Source: Gemmatimonadales bacterium | GTDB lineage: Bacteria > Gemmatimonadota > Gemmatimonadetes > Gemmatimonadales > GWC2-71-9 | Length of the DNA stretch: 64,000 nt | Reading direction: 5' to 3' | NCBI GenBank assembly: GCA_041613315.1 | Contig: JBFJHJ010000001.1 | Span: 64,001 to 128,000 of the forward strand | Part shown: positions 47,486-57,514 of the stretch, one piece after another | How positions within the stretch are numbered: position 1 is the stretch's first letter | Layout of the letters: every line of letters begins with the position of its first letter | The notes under the pieces: generated by a model | Databases searched by the model: none | What the model saw: only the letters and a program-made list of their open reading frames with translations | Told to the model about the DNA's origin: nothing | Made by a program: the position numbers and the translations under genes

Positions 47486-47941
47486 ATGGAATACACGTAC
47501 CAGATACACATCGCCGCGCCGATCGATACCGTGTTCGCCCTGCTGGACGACGACGCGCAGCTCGCGCGCTGGATGGATGGACTCGAGGAGACGACGTACC
47601 CGGATGGGAAACACGACGCCAGCCGCGTGGGTACGAGGTTTCGGCAGCGCATCCGCGAAGGCGGCCGCGTCGCGACGTATGACGGCGAAGTCACGGCGTA
47701 CCGGAAGCCGCACCACCTCGGCGTCACCATCGGCAACCGGTCGTTCACGATGCAGGTGGATTATCGGCTGACCGCGGCCGGTGGAGGAACGCAGCTGGAC
47801 TACGCGGTGCGCATGATTCGCGGATCGTGGTTCTATCGGCTGATGGGGAAGCTGTTCGGGTGGCTGACGCGACGGATTCTCACGCGGCAGATGACGAAGC
47901 TCAAAGCGTGCGCCGAAGCCGACGTGCGAGCGGTGGGCTGA
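47486..47941 (+). CDS. SRPBCC (START-like) family protein
   Basis: IAAPIDTVF.LL.D...W, VGTRF, GGTQL, C-terminal helix LKACAE. Confidence 0.8.
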   Translation: MEYTYQIHIAAPIDTVFALLDDDAQLARWMDGLEETTYPDGKHDASRVGTRFRQRIREGGRVATYDGEVTAYRKPHHLGVTIGNRSFTMQVDYRLTAAGGGTQLDYAVRMIRGSWFYRLMGKLFGWLTRRILTRQMTKLKACAEADVRAVG

Positions 47942-47946
47942 GGGCC

Positions 47947-48206
47947 GTGCTCCACGTGAAAAATGGCGGTCACGCCGCGACGGCGATCCGTGCGGCCGGG
48001 CTGTCCGGGACGACCCTCGCCTGGATTGACGTTCTCCACGAAGGCCCCGCGCTTCCGGGCCTCTCCCCCCGGTGTTGGCCGGACGGCGCGACCGGATCTC
48101 GCTCAACGGCATCGATCGCTGGCTGGGCGGCGTGCATCTGAACGGCACGACACCCCCGTGTCGCTGGGACGGCACGACCGGGCGATTGGTGCGGGAACGA
48201 GCCTGA
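47947..48206 (+). pseudogene. DUF1835-like gene remnant with large internal deletion
   Basis: N-terminus VLHVKNGGHAA...WIDVLHEGP joined out of frame to C-terminus VLAGRRDRISLNGIDRWLGGVHL...RWD. Confidence 0.65.
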
Positions 48207-48730
48207 TGGGAGAAGCATCGTGGCCGCGCGCCGTGGCGGAGGACCTGCCACCCGGCTTCCGCACGTACCTCGCGCTGGTACCCGACGGCGACGTCCTCCA
48301 GCTTTTGGACTCGCAGGCGCGCGAGACCGCCGACCTCCTCCGTGCGCTGGACGACGCGCAGGCCCGCCGGCGGTACGCGCCCGGGAAGTGGAGCATCAAG
48401 CAGGTCGTGGGGCACGTGACGGACACGGAGCGCGTGTTCGCCTATCGGGCCCTCGCCTTCAGCCGTCACGACCCCAACCCCCTTCCGGGATTCGAGCAAG
48501 ATGATTGGGTGGCGCAGGCCGGCTTCGACGTGCGCCGGGTCGATGCTCTGGCCGCAGAGTTCGAGACGGTGCGCGGCGCGACGCTGGCGCTCTTCCGGTC
48601 GTTCACCGCCGAGCAATTGACGCGTCGCGGTGAGGCGAACGGCGTGACGTTCGCGGTGCGCGGCATCCCGTACTTCTTGGCCGGCCACGAGCGCCACCAC
48701 GTCAACGTGATCCGCGAGCGCTACCTCTGA
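48206..48730 (+). CDS. DinB family protein
   Basis: YAPGKWSIKQVVGHVTDTER, LPGFEQD, GHERHH. Confidence 0.88.
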   Translation: MGEASWPRAVAEDLPPGFRTYLALVPDGDVLQLLDSQARETADLLRALDDAQARRRYAPGKWSIKQVVGHVTDTERVFAYRALAFSRHDPNPLPGFEQDDWVAQAGFDVRRVDALAAEFETVRGATLALFRSFTAEQLTRRGEANGVTFAVRGIPYFLAGHERHHVNVIRERYL

Positions 48731-48863
48731 CGATCGGCGGCGGCGCCGAGCCCGACGACGCGGTCTGCACCGTCAGCGCCCGGCGGTGGTAGCGCGAGTG
48801 ACTCCCCGGCCGCGCCAGCCGTCCACCTTCTCCCCCTTACAGCCAGCCGGTAACTTCCGACCC

Positions 48864-49886
48864 ATGTCGTTCGAGGTGATCGCCTGGACGCGCGAGGGCG
48901 CGGTCCGGCTTCTGGACCAGACGCAACTGCCGGCGGCCGAGGTGTATCTCGAGCTCCGCAGCGTGCCGGAGATGGTGGAGGCGATCCGCCGGCTGCGGGT
49001 GCGAGGGGCGCCGCTCATCGGGATCGCGGCCGCGATGGGGCTTGCCGCCGCCGCCGAGCAGGCGGCGCGCCAGGGCGGATTCGCCGCCGGCTGGCTCGAC
49101 GAGGCGGCGCGCGCGTTGGGCGAGGCGCGTCCGACCGCCGTCAACCTGCGCTGGGCCGTGGAGCAGGTGCGCCGGGTGGGGGAGCAGGCGCTCGAGGCGG
49201 GCGAGGCGCCGGCCAGGGTGGCGGCCCGGCTGCGCGACGAGGCCCAGCGCATTTGGGACGAGGACGCGGCGATGTGTCGGGCGATCGGCGAGTACGGGGC
49301 CGCGTTGATCCCGGGCGGCGCCACGGTGCTCACCCACTGCAACGCCGGCACGCTCGCTACCGGCGGGATCGGAACCGCTCTTGCGGCGGTCTACCGGGCG
49401 CACGCGCAAGGCAAGGCCGTGCGGGTCGTCTCGTGCGAGACCCGCCCGCTGCGGCAGGGTACGCGCCTCACGGCGTGGGAGCTCGCGCGGAACGGCGTGC
49501 CCGTCACCGCGATCACGGACAGCTCGGCCGCATCACTCATGGCCCGCGGCGAGATCGACCTGGTCCTGACGGGAGCGGACCGGATCGCCGCGAACGGCGA
49601 TGTGGCGAACAAGATCGGAACGTACGCGCTCGCCGTGCTGGCGGACGCCCATAGGATTCCGCTCTATGTCGCGGCTCCACGGAGCACGTTCGATCTCTCC
49701 CTCGCGCACGGTGGGCTGATCCCCATCGAGGAGCGCGCCGCTGAGGAGCTGGACGCCGCGCCTGGTGCCGAGGTCTACAATCCGGCGTTCGACGTCACGC
49801 CCGCCCCACTCGTGGCGGCGCTCGTGACCGACCGCGGGATCGCGAAGCCGCCCTACGGCGCGGCGATCCGGAGATTGTTTGGCTGA
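48864..49886 (+). CDS. mtnA: S-methyl-5-thioribose-1-phosphate isomerase
   Basis: LLDQTQLP, VRGAPLIG, RPTAVNL, THCNAG.LAT, ETRP..QG.RLT.WEL, GADRIAANGDVANKIGTY, NPAFDVTP. Confidence 0.93.
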   Translation: MSFEVIAWTREGAVRLLDQTQLPAAEVYLELRSVPEMVEAIRRLRVRGAPLIGIAAAMGLAAAAEQAARQGGFAAGWLDEAARALGEARPTAVNLRWAVEQVRRVGEQALEAGEAPARVAARLRDEAQRIWDEDAAMCRAIGEYGAALIPGGATVLTHCNAGTLATGGIGTALAAVYRAHAQGKAVRVVSCETRPLRQGTRLTAWELARNGVPVTAITDSSAASLMARGEIDLVLTGADRIAANGDVANKIGTYALAVLADAHRIPLYVAAPRSTFDLSLAHGGLIPIEERAAEELDAAPGAEVYNPAFDVTPAPLVAALVTDRGIAKPPYGAAIRRLFG

Positions 49887-49973
49887 GCGGCCGGCGGAGC
49901 CGCGATGGGGGCGGACGACGTCGGCGGGCGTTCCGGCCGCGGCTGCGCCTCGGCGGCGCGACGGGGTCCGGCG

Positions 49974-51452
49974 GTGAGCAGCGTGCTCGCCCTCGATCAG
50001 GGCACGACCGGCTCCACGGCGTTGGTGGTCGCGGATGACGGCCGCATTCTCGGCAAGGCGTACCGCGAGTTCACGCAGCACTTCCCGGCACCGGGGATGG
50101 TGGAGCACGACCCCGAGGAGATCTGGACGGTGACGCTGGCGACGGGCCGCGACGCCGTGCGGGCCGCAGGCGAGACGCCGGCCGCCATCGGCATTACCAA
50201 CCAGCGGGAGACCGTGGTCGTGTGGGACCGGGCGACGGGCCGGCCGCTCCACCGGGCGCTCGTCTGGCAGGACCGGCGTACGGCGGCACGCTGCCGCGCG
50301 CTCCGGGCGGAGCTCGGGGACGAGTATCTGGCCGCCCGTACCGGCCTCGTGTGGGATCCCTACTTCTCCGGTACCAAGATCGAGTGGCTGCTGCGCGAGA
50401 TACCTGGCCTTGCGACGGAGGCCGCGGCCGGGCGAGCGGTCTTCGGGACGATCGACGCGTGGCTCGTGGCCCGACTCACCTCCGGCGAGGCGTTCGTCAC
50501 CGATCACACCAACGCGTCCCGCACGCTCCTGTACAACCTGGAGCGGCGCGACTGGGATCCCGAGTTGCTCGAGCTGTTCGGCGTGCCGCGCGAGAGCCTG
50601 CCGGCGATCCGCACGTCCAGCGAGGTCGTCAGCATGACCGATCCCGCCCATCTCGGCGTGGCGATCCCGATTGCCGGGATCGCCGGCGACCAGCAGGCTG
50701 CGCTGTTCGGGCAGGGGTGTTGGGAGCCGGGACAGGCGAAGTGCACCTATGGGACGGGAGCGTTCCTGCTGATGGCGGTGGGGGCCCGTCCCCCGACCCG
50801 ACGGACCGGGACCGGCGTGCTCACCACCGTCGCCTGCGACGCCGCCGGCCGGCCGGGCTACGCGCTCGAGGGGTCCATCTTCATCGCGGGGGCCGCGGTG
50901 CAATGGCTGCGGGACGGGCTCGGGATCATCGCGCAGGCGTCGGAGACCGAGCGCCTGGTGGCGAGCGTGCCAGATGCGGGTGGCGTGTACTTCGTGCCGG
51001 CGCTCGTCGGGCTGGGCGCCCCGCATTGGGAGGCGGACGCGCGCGGAACCATCGTGGGGATCACCCGGGGGACGGGACGGGCGCACTTGGTCCGGGCGAC
51101 GCTGGAGGCTATGGCGTACAGCACCCGCGATGTGGTGGAGGCCATGGCCGCCGCGTCCGGCGTCGCGCTCACCGAGTTCAAGGCCGATGGCGGCGCCGCC
51201 GCCAACGACTGGCTGATGCAGTTCCAGGCCGACACCCTCACGACCCGGGTCGCGCGGCCCGACGTGGTCGAGACCACCGCCATGGGCGCCGCGGGGCTCG
51301 CCGGGCTCGCCACCGGCGTCTGGCGAACCGGCGACGCGTTCCGCGCGAGCCGTACGTACCACTGGTTCGAGCCTCGCGCCCGCGCGGACGCCGACTACGA
51401 AGGATGGCGGCGGGCCGTCGAGGCGGCGCTGTTCTGGGCGCGGACCCGCTGA
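49974..51452 (+). CDS. glpK: Glycerol kinase
   Basis: LDQGTTGS, ITNQRET, WQDRRT, DPYFSGTK, TD.TNASRT, GDQQAALFG, KCTYGTG, DGG. Confidence 0.9.
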   Translation: MSSVLALDQGTTGSTALVVADDGRILGKAYREFTQHFPAPGMVEHDPEEIWTVTLATGRDAVRAAGETPAAIGITNQRETVVVWDRATGRPLHRALVWQDRRTAARCRALRAELGDEYLAARTGLVWDPYFSGTKIEWLLREIPGLATEAAAGRAVFGTIDAWLVARLTSGEAFVTDHTNASRTLLYNLERRDWDPELLELFGVPRESLPAIRTSSEVVSMTDPAHLGVAIPIAGIAGDQQAALFGQGCWEPGQAKCTYGTGAFLLMAVGARPPTRRTGTGVLTTVACDAAGRPGYALEGSIFIAGAAVQWLRDGLGIIAQASETERLVASVPDAGGVYFVPALVGLGAPHWEADARGTIVGITRGTGRAHLVRATLEAMAYSTRDVVEAMAAASGVALTEFKADGGAAANDWLMQFQADTLTTRVARPDVVETTAMGAAGLAGLATGVWRTGDAFRASRTYHWFEPRARADADYEGWRRAVEAALFWARTR

Positions 51453-51532
51453 CCCGCGCCGCTGCATGAAGCGAGGTTTACCCCATCATCACGGACTTTT
51501 CCCACTTGCGAGCGTAGGATATATTCACTGTC

Positions 51533-51937
51533 ATGCGAGCACGAGCGAAGTTCATCGTCGGCGCCCTTCTGATCTCGGCGTCCGTGGGGTTCCTGATGGC
51601 GTCGGGGATCAAGGAAACCGGCGTCTATTTCGTGACGCCGTCGGAGCTGGCCGCCAAGGTCGCGGCGGATCCGTCACTCCATAACGTCGGCGTGAAGATG
51701 GGTGCGCGGGTAGTCTCCGGCAGCATCCAGCGCGACGTGGCGAGCCAGACGGTGCGCTTCGAGGTGACCGACGGCCGGCAGCGCTACCCGGTCGTCTACC
51801 GGGGGCTCGCGCCCGACACCTTCACCGACGACGTGGAAGTGGTGGTGGAAGGGCGGTTGTCGCCGGAAGGCGTGTTCCGGGCCACGACGTTGCTGGCCAA
51901 GTGCGGCTCGCGGTACGAGACCGTCCCCCAAGCGTGA
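51533..51937 (+). CDS. ccmE: Cytochrome c maturation heme chaperone, CxxxY type
   Basis: N-terminal TM, YFVTPSEL, PDTF, VVVEG, LLAKCGSRY. Confidence 0.9.
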   Translation: MRARAKFIVGALLISASVGFLMASGIKETGVYFVTPSELAAKVAADPSLHNVGVKMGARVVSGSIQRDVASQTVRFEVTDGRQRYPVVYRGLAPDTFTDDVEVVVEGRLSPEGVFRATTLLAKCGSRYETVPQA

Positions 51938-51941
51938 CCGC

Positions 51942-53987
51942 GTGACCGTCCTCGGACAACTGGCGCTCTGGCTGGCCCTCCTCCTCGCGACGTGGGGGAC
52001 GGTCGTGGGCGTGCTGGGCGGCCGCACGCGACGGCCCGAGCTCGTCCGGAGCGCGCGGCGCGCGACCTACGCGCTGTTCGGCGTGCTGGCGGTGGCCTCC
52101 GCCGGCCTCCTCACCGCCCTGCTGCGCCACGATTTCAACGTGGCGTATGTCGCGAGCTACACCAGCCGCAACCTGCCGGTCGTCTACACGGTCGCGGCCT
52201 TCTACGGCGGGCAGGCGGGAAGCCTCCTCTTCTGGGCGTTCGTGCTGAGCCTGTTCGCGGCGCTGGCACAGTGGCTCACGCCGCGACGCTACGACGGGCT
52301 CCTGCCCTACGTCGCGTCGGTGACGTCGGCGGTGACGCTGTTCTTCGTCGTCGTCATGGTCTTCGCCGCCAACCCGTTTGAGCGCCTCCCGTTCACGCCG
52401 CTGGACGGCAGCGGGCTCAACCCCCAGCTCCAGAACGCGGGGATGGTGATCCATCCGCCGATGCTGTACCTGGGGTACATTTCCATCACGGTCCCGTTCG
52501 CATTCGGCGTGGCGGCGCTGATCTCCAAACGGCTGGATACCGGGTGGCTGCATGCCATCCGGAAGTGGACCCTGGTGTCGTGGCTCTTCCTGTCTATCGG
52601 CATCACGCTGGGGATGTGGTGGGCGTACGTCGAGCTCGGGTGGGGCGGCTACTGGGCGTGGGATCCCGTGGAAAACGCCAGTTTCCTCCCGTGGCTGACG
52701 ATGACCGCGTTCCTCCACTCGGTGATGGTCCAGGAGAAGCGGGGGATGCTGAAGAAGTGGAACATGGTGCTCATCATGTTGAGCTTCATGCTCTCCATCT
52801 TCGGCACCTTCATCACGCGGAGCGGTATCATCTCCAGCGTGCACTCCTTTACGCAGTCCTCGGTGGGCTTCTACTTCCTCGGGTTCCTCGTCGTCGCGGC
52901 GGTGCTCCTCGGCTGGCTGCTGTGGAGCCGCCTGCCCCTGCTGGAGCCGGAGGCGCAACTCGAGAGCATGTTGTCCCGAGAGGCGAGCTTCCTGTTCAAC
53001 AACCTCCTGTTCGTGGGCATCGCGTTCTCCGTGCTCTGGGGCACCATGTTTCCGATGATCTCGGAGCTGGTGCGCGGGACGCAGGTCACCGTCGGGCCGC
53101 CGTTCTTCAATCAGGTCAACATCCCGATCGGACTGGGCCTCCTCGCGCTCACGGGCATCGGGCCGCTCATCGCGTGGCGCCGGGCGAGCCCTGGGAATCT
53201 CAGGCGGCAGTTCGCCGTCCCGGTGGCGATCGGGGCCGCCGTCGGCGCCCTGTTGGTCGCCCTCCGGTTTAGTGACGTCTATGCCGGTATGGCGATCGGC
53301 CTCGGCGCGTTCGTCGTGGCCACGGTCGGGCAGGAGTTCGTGCGCGGCGTGGGGGCGCGCCACCGGCTGCACGGTGAGGGGCATGCGCTGGCGTTCGCCC
53401 GACTCGTCGGGCGCAACCGGCGCCGCTACGGCGGCTACATCGTGCACCTGGGAATCGTCACGTACTTCGTCGCGTTCGCCGGAATGGCGTTCAAGACGGA
53501 GATGGAGGCCTCGCTCAAGCCGGGCGAATCGGCCCAGCTCCGCTCCCCGTTCGGTCACACCTACACCTTCACGCACCTGGGGGTCTCGCAGTACGACCAG
53601 CTCAACCGCTTCGTGTCGGCCGCGAGCGTCGATGTGGCGCGGGACGGCAAGCGCCTGGGCGTGATGCAAAGCGAGAAGCGGCAGCACGTGGACTCGTTCG
53701 GTCGCCCGACGTTCGAGCCGTCCACCGAAGCCGGCATCCGAAGCCTGCTCCGCGAGGACATCTACATCGTCTACGCCGGGTCCGTGGCCGGCACCGAAGA
53801 GGCGGTCTACCGCTTCACGCTCAACCCGTTGGTGTGGTGGGTTTGGTTCGGGGGCTTCGTGCTCGTGATCGGTGGCATCGTGACGATGTGGCCGGGCACC
53901 GGGACGCCCAACGCGTCGTTGCGGCGAGCGATGAGCGGGTACACCGCGCGGTTGGTGGGGAAGGAGGGCGCTCCCGTTGCCGGGTGA
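51942..53987 (+). CDS. ccmF: Cytochrome c heme lyase subunit CcmF
   Basis: GSLLFW, GLNPQLQ...HPPMLYLGY, WAYVELGWGGYWAWDPVENAS, TRSG..SVHSF, HLG. Confidence 0.95.
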   Translation: MTVLGQLALWLALLLATWGTVVGVLGGRTRRPELVRSARRATYALFGVLAVASAGLLTALLRHDFNVAYVASYTSRNLPVVYTVAAFYGGQAGSLLFWAFVLSLFAALAQWLTPRRYDGLLPYVASVTSAVTLFFVVVMVFAANPFERLPFTPLDGSGLNPQLQNAGMVIHPPMLYLGYISITVPFAFGVAALISKRLDTGWLHAIRKWTLVSWLFLSIGITLGMWWAYVELGWGGYWAWDPVENASFLPWLTMTAFLHSVMVQEKRGMLKKWNMVLIMLSFMLSIFGTFITRSGIISSVHSFTQSSVGFYFLGFLVVAAVLLGWLLWSRLPLLEPEAQLESMLSREASFLFNNLLFVGIAFSVLWGTMFPMISELVRGTQVTVGPPFFNQVNIPIGLGLLALTGIGPLIAWRRASPGNLRRQFAVPVAIGAAVGALLVALRFSDVYAGMAIGLGAFVVATVGQEFVRGVGARHRLHGEGHALAFARLVGRNRRRYGGYIVHLGIVTYFVAFAGMAFKTEMEASLKPGESAQLRSPFGHTYTFTHLGVSQYDQLNRFVSAASVDVARDGKRLGVMQSEKRQHVDSFGRPTFEPSTEAGIRSLLREDIYIVYAGSVAGTEEAVYRFTLNPLVWWVWFGGFVLVIGGIVTMWPGTGTPNASLRRAMSGYTARLVGKEGAPVAG

Positions 53988-54540
53988 TCGCCTGAGCCGT
54001 CGCCGGGCACTCGGCGTGGCGATCGCGGCGCTGCTGCCCGCCCCCCTCTTGGCCCAACAGGACACGTCGGAGGTCCTCCGGCTCATGGACCCGTTCCGCG
54101 CCGGCCGGCCGCGCGACCGGATCACAGACTACGAGAACGACCCGTTCATCGTCGGTCTGGAGGAGCAGCTGCGCTGCACGTGCGGCTGCAACCTGAGTGT
54201 GTACACGTGCCGCACGACCGATTTCACCTGTACCGTCTCGCCGGCGATGCACCGGGACGTCGTCGCGATGGTGGAAGAGCAGAAGACGGCGCAACAGATC
54301 CTGGACAGCTTCGTCGCCCAGTATGGCGAGACCGTGCTGATGGCGCCGCGCAAGGAGGGGTTCAACCTCGCCGGCTACGTGGTGCCGGGCGTCGCGATCA
54401 CGCTCACCGGCGGGGTGCTGGCCTGGGCGTTGGCGCGGCGCATACGGCTGGCCGTCCCGTCGTCCGCCGAGCCGTCGTCCGAGCTGTCGAGCGAGGACGC
54501 TGCCCGCCTCGAGGCCGAGCTCCGTCAGTTGGAGCGCTGA
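53977..54540 (+). CDS. ccmH: CcmH-like cytochrome c biogenesis protein
   Basis: LRCTCGC...C...C, ILDSFVAQYGETVLMAP, C-terminal TM; follows ccmF. Confidence 0.75.
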   Translation: MPGDRLSRRRALGVAIAALLPAPLLAQQDTSEVLRLMDPFRAGRPRDRITDYENDPFIVGLEEQLRCTCGCNLSVYTCRTTDFTCTVSPAMHRDVVAMVEEQKTAQQILDSFVAQYGETVLMAPRKEGFNLAGYVVPGVAITLTGGVLAWALARRIRLAVPSSAEPSSELSSEDAARLEAELRQLER

Positions 54541-54541
54541 C

Positions 54542-55066
54542 GTGTTGGAGCTCCTGGCGGGGGTGGTCGTCGCGGTCGCCGCGCTGGCCGCCGTACTCGA
54601 GCCGCTGGTCAGCGGTCCCCGCCGTGTGGCCGCGTCCGCTGACGAGCCCGACCTGGTCGACCTCGAGGAGTCCGACTCCCCGAAGATCCGCGCGCTCCTG
54701 GCACTCAAAGAGATCGAGTTCGACCGGGCGACCGGGAAGCTCTCGGACGAAGACTACGAGACACTCAAATCGCAGTACGCCAGGGCGGCGGTCGAGGCGC
54801 TCAAGGAGGAGGAAGGGGCCGAAGCCGCGGTGGCGGGCGCGGCGGGTGCGCTCGATGCCGCTGAAGCAGCCGTGAGCCGGGTCAAAGGCGGGGCCGTCGT
54901 CTGTCCCGCGTGCGGCCCGCGGCCGGAGCCGGCGGCCCGCTTCTGCTCCTCGTGCGGGCGATCGCTCACCCGGTCGGGCGCGCGCCCGCGCTGCGGTACG
55001 TGCGGGACGGACCTGCCGGACGGCGCGAAGTACTGTGCCGGGTGCGGGGGGCAGATCGCGGCGTGA
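54542..55066 (+). CDS. Membrane-anchored double zinc-ribbon protein (CcmI-N-like helix)
   Basis: ALKEIEFDRATGKLSDEDY; four CxxC pairs (CPAC, CSSC, CGTC, CAGC). Confidence 0.75.
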   Translation: MLELLAGVVVAVAALAAVLEPLVSGPRRVAASADEPDLVDLEESDSPKIRALLALKEIEFDRATGKLSDEDYETLKSQYARAAVEALKEEEGAEAAVAGAAGALDAAEAAVSRVKGGAVVCPACGPRPEPAARFCSSCGRSLTRSGARPRCGTCGTDLPDGAKYCAGCGGQIAA

Positions 55067-55073
55067 GACCCGC

Positions 55074-56756
55074 CTAGAACTCGAAACTCTCCATCTTCTT
55101 GAGTCCCACCCGCAACGGCACCACGGTCGCAGCCACACAGATCGCCACGACGGCCGCGAACGCCCCGATCATCGTTATGTCAACACTGACCGGCTCTCCC
55201 CGGAAGCTCGCCCGCAGATAGCCGTATACGGGTACCGCCTCGATCACGATCACCAGGGCCAGGAGCGCCACGGTCGACATCATGAACACCAGGCCACCGA
55301 AGGATGTCGGGATCTGCGCCGCATTCTCGGTCTCGAATTGCGGATAGAGCGCCCCGAACCCCAGCGCCATGGCGCTGATCGCCAGCGTCAACAGCACGAT
55401 CGTACCTGCTCCGACCGCCATCATGAATGGGGTCGCGCGGAGAATCACATTCGTGAACACGGTAATCAGGAGCGCCAGGACCAGGAGGGGGACCGTACCG
55501 ATCCAATACTTGGACCAGAGCAGGGCGCGGAGATCCAGCGGGCTCGACCGCAGGAGCCACATTTGTCGCCCCTCGATCGAGATGGACGGAAAGATGAACC
55601 GTGCGGCAATGGCCGAGAGGACAAAGCCGGCCAGCCCCAAGTTCAAGAACGACACCACGGTTACCAGGAAGAACGGCACCTGCTCGCCGCGGAACAGCGG
55701 GAGCGCCCGGATGTTGAAGAGGTAGATCACCACGAGCACACCCAGGAGGATGAGCTGGCTCCACTGCGTGGTGTCCCGAAAGAACAGCTTGAGGTCCTTG
55801 ATGAGGAACTCCCGCTTGGCCACCGACAGCGGTCGGAACAGGGGATCCAGCACCCGTTGCCACACCCATCCCTTGATGAACCGCTCAGCACCTTCCTGGG
55901 CCTTGGTGAAACCGGTCGGGTAGAGCCGGTAGTGCAGCATGGCGCCGAGCACGACGAAGGCGGCCGCGGTGAGCCACAGCAACACCACGGGGAACAGATC
56001 GAGTGGACCAACGAGGTACCCGACGAGGCCGTCGGTGGCCCATTCGCTCGGGAGCAGCGGCGAGGTGGGCGTGCGGAGCACGGTGATGAAGTCCAGCAGG
56101 TTCCGGAATCCTTCGGGGCGCGCCAGTTGCTCGGGGCGCACCAGCCGAAACAAGAGTACCACGCCGCCCGCGGCCCCCAGGGCGATGATTGAGAGGAGAT
56201 CCCGGGTGCGCCGCGCCGGGAACACGTTCACCAGGATCAGCGTCAGGGCGCTCCCCACGACGGCTGGCAGCACGAGCAGCGGCAGAAACACCAGGATGGC
56301 GTACGGACCGAAGAGCCAGCCACCGTCGTAGATGACGCCGTACGCCGTGAAGATCGGCACCGCCATGAGCGCCACCATCCACGAGCTGTGCACCAGCGTC
56401 TCGCCGAGCTTGGCCAGATAGAGGTGCAGCCAGTCCACCGGCGAGGAAGTGAGGAGATCGAGGTCCTGGGCGAGGAAGAACGACGACAGCGCCGTGATGA
56501 CGTTGGAGAGAAGCAGGATCCCCAAGAACGAGAGCAGCACCAGGCCCAGGAGCTTCCCCGCGAGCAAGGTGCCGATCTCTTCGACACCCCGGAAGTAGGC
56601 CAGCACCCGGTACAGGACGCCGAACACCGCGAGCCAGAAGACGACGCCGACGCTGCCGATCACGAGCGCCTTCGTACCGCTCTGCGTATCCCGCTGCCGG
56701 AAACGCGTGAGCGCGGTGCGCCACTTTGGGAACACCACGAGCGCCAGCGACCGCAT
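55074..56756 (-). CDS. Putative ABC exporter permease (duplicated ABC-2-like, about 12 TM)
   Basis: DLDLLTSSPV...LYLAKL and SIEGRQMWLLRSSPL...SKY repeats; KDLKLFFRD. Confidence 0.82.
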   Translation of the reverse strand: MRSLALVVFPKWRTALTRFRQRDTQSGTKALVIGSVGVVFWLAVFGVLYRVLAYFRGVEEIGTLLAGKLLGLVLLSFLGILLLSNVITALSSFFLAQDLDLLTSSPVDWLHLYLAKLGETLVHSSWMVALMAVPIFTAYGVIYDGGWLFGPYAILVFLPLLVLPAVVGSALTLILVNVFPARRTRDLLSIIALGAAGGVVLLFRLVRPEQLARPEGFRNLLDFITVLRTPTSPLLPSEWATDGLVGYLVGPLDLFPVVLLWLTAAAFVVLGAMLHYRLYPTGFTKAQEGAERFIKGWVWQRVLDPLFRPLSVAKREFLIKDLKLFFRDTTQWSQLILLGVLVVIYLFNIRALPLFRGEQVPFFLVTVVSFLNLGLAGFVLSAIAARFIFPSISIEGRQMWLLRSSPLDLRALLWSKYWIGTVPLLVLALLITVFTNVILRATPFMMAVGAGTIVLLTLAISAMALGFGALYPQFETENAAQIPTSFGGLVFMMSTVALLALVIVIEAVPVYGYLRASFRGEPVSVDITMIGAFAAVVAICVAATVVPLRVGLKKMESFEF

Positions 56757-57514
56757 CAGTCCTCCAGGACTGCCGTCAGCTCGCGGAGCGCCGGACCGCC
56801 GGTGAGCTTGAGGAACAACTCCTCGAGCGAGACGTCGCCGGCCGCGGTCTGCCGGCGCAGTTCCTCCACCGTGCCGTTCGCCACGATCTTCCCCGACTGG
56901 ATGATCGCGATCCGGTCGCACATCGCCTGCGCGACCTCCAGCGTATGGGTGCTCATCAGCACCGTCCCGCCTCGCGCGGTGAACTCCCGGAAGATGTCCT
57001 TCAAGAGCCGCGCACCCTTCGGATCGAGCCCCACCATCGGCTCGTCCACGACGATGCACTCGGGCCGGTGGATCAGCGCGCTCGAGATGATGAGCTTCTG
57101 GCGCATTCCGTGGCTGTACGACTCGACAAGCTCGTTCTTCCACACCGACAGCTCGAACAGATCCAGCAACTCGTCGATACGCCGCTCGATCTGCCTCCCG
57201 TCCTGGTTGTACAGCCCCGCCACGAAGCGGAGGAACTCGGCACCCGTGAGCTTGTCGTACACGAACGGTCGGTCCGGGATGAAGCCGAGCCGCGCCTTCG
57301 CCGCCATCGGGTCGGTCAGCAAGTCGTCGCCCCCCAGCCAGATCCGGCCGGCGGTGGGGCGGAGGATCCCCGCGATCATCCGCAGCGTGGTGGTCTTCCC
57401 CGCGCCGTTCGGTCCCAGAAAACCGAACAGCTGCCCGCGAGGGACGTGGAGCTCGATGCGGTCCACCGCCACGAACGTGCCGTAATTCTTGGTCACCTGC
57501 TCCAACCGGATCAT
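56756..57514 (-). CDS. ABC transporter ATP-binding protein
   Basis: GPNGAGKTT, YSHGMRQK, VDEPMVGLDP, STH. Confidence 0.92.
   Translation of the reverse strand: MIRLEQVTKNYGTFVAVDRIELHVPRGQLFGFLGPNGAGKTTTLRMIAGILRPTAGRIWLGGDDLLTDPMAAKARLGFIPDRPFVYDKLTGAEFLRFVAGLYNQDGRQIERRIDELLDLFELSVWKNELVESYSHGMRQKLIISSALIHRPECIVVDEPMVGLDPKGARLLKDIFREFTARGGTVLMSTHTLEVAQAMCDRIAIIQSGKIVANGTVEELRRQTAAGDVSLEELFLKLTGGPALRELTAVLED

Noticed and set aside
55074..57514. ABC pair as CcmAB
   Set aside because: Convergent to the ccm genes, and the permease is about 560 aa with a duplicated architecture unlike CcmB
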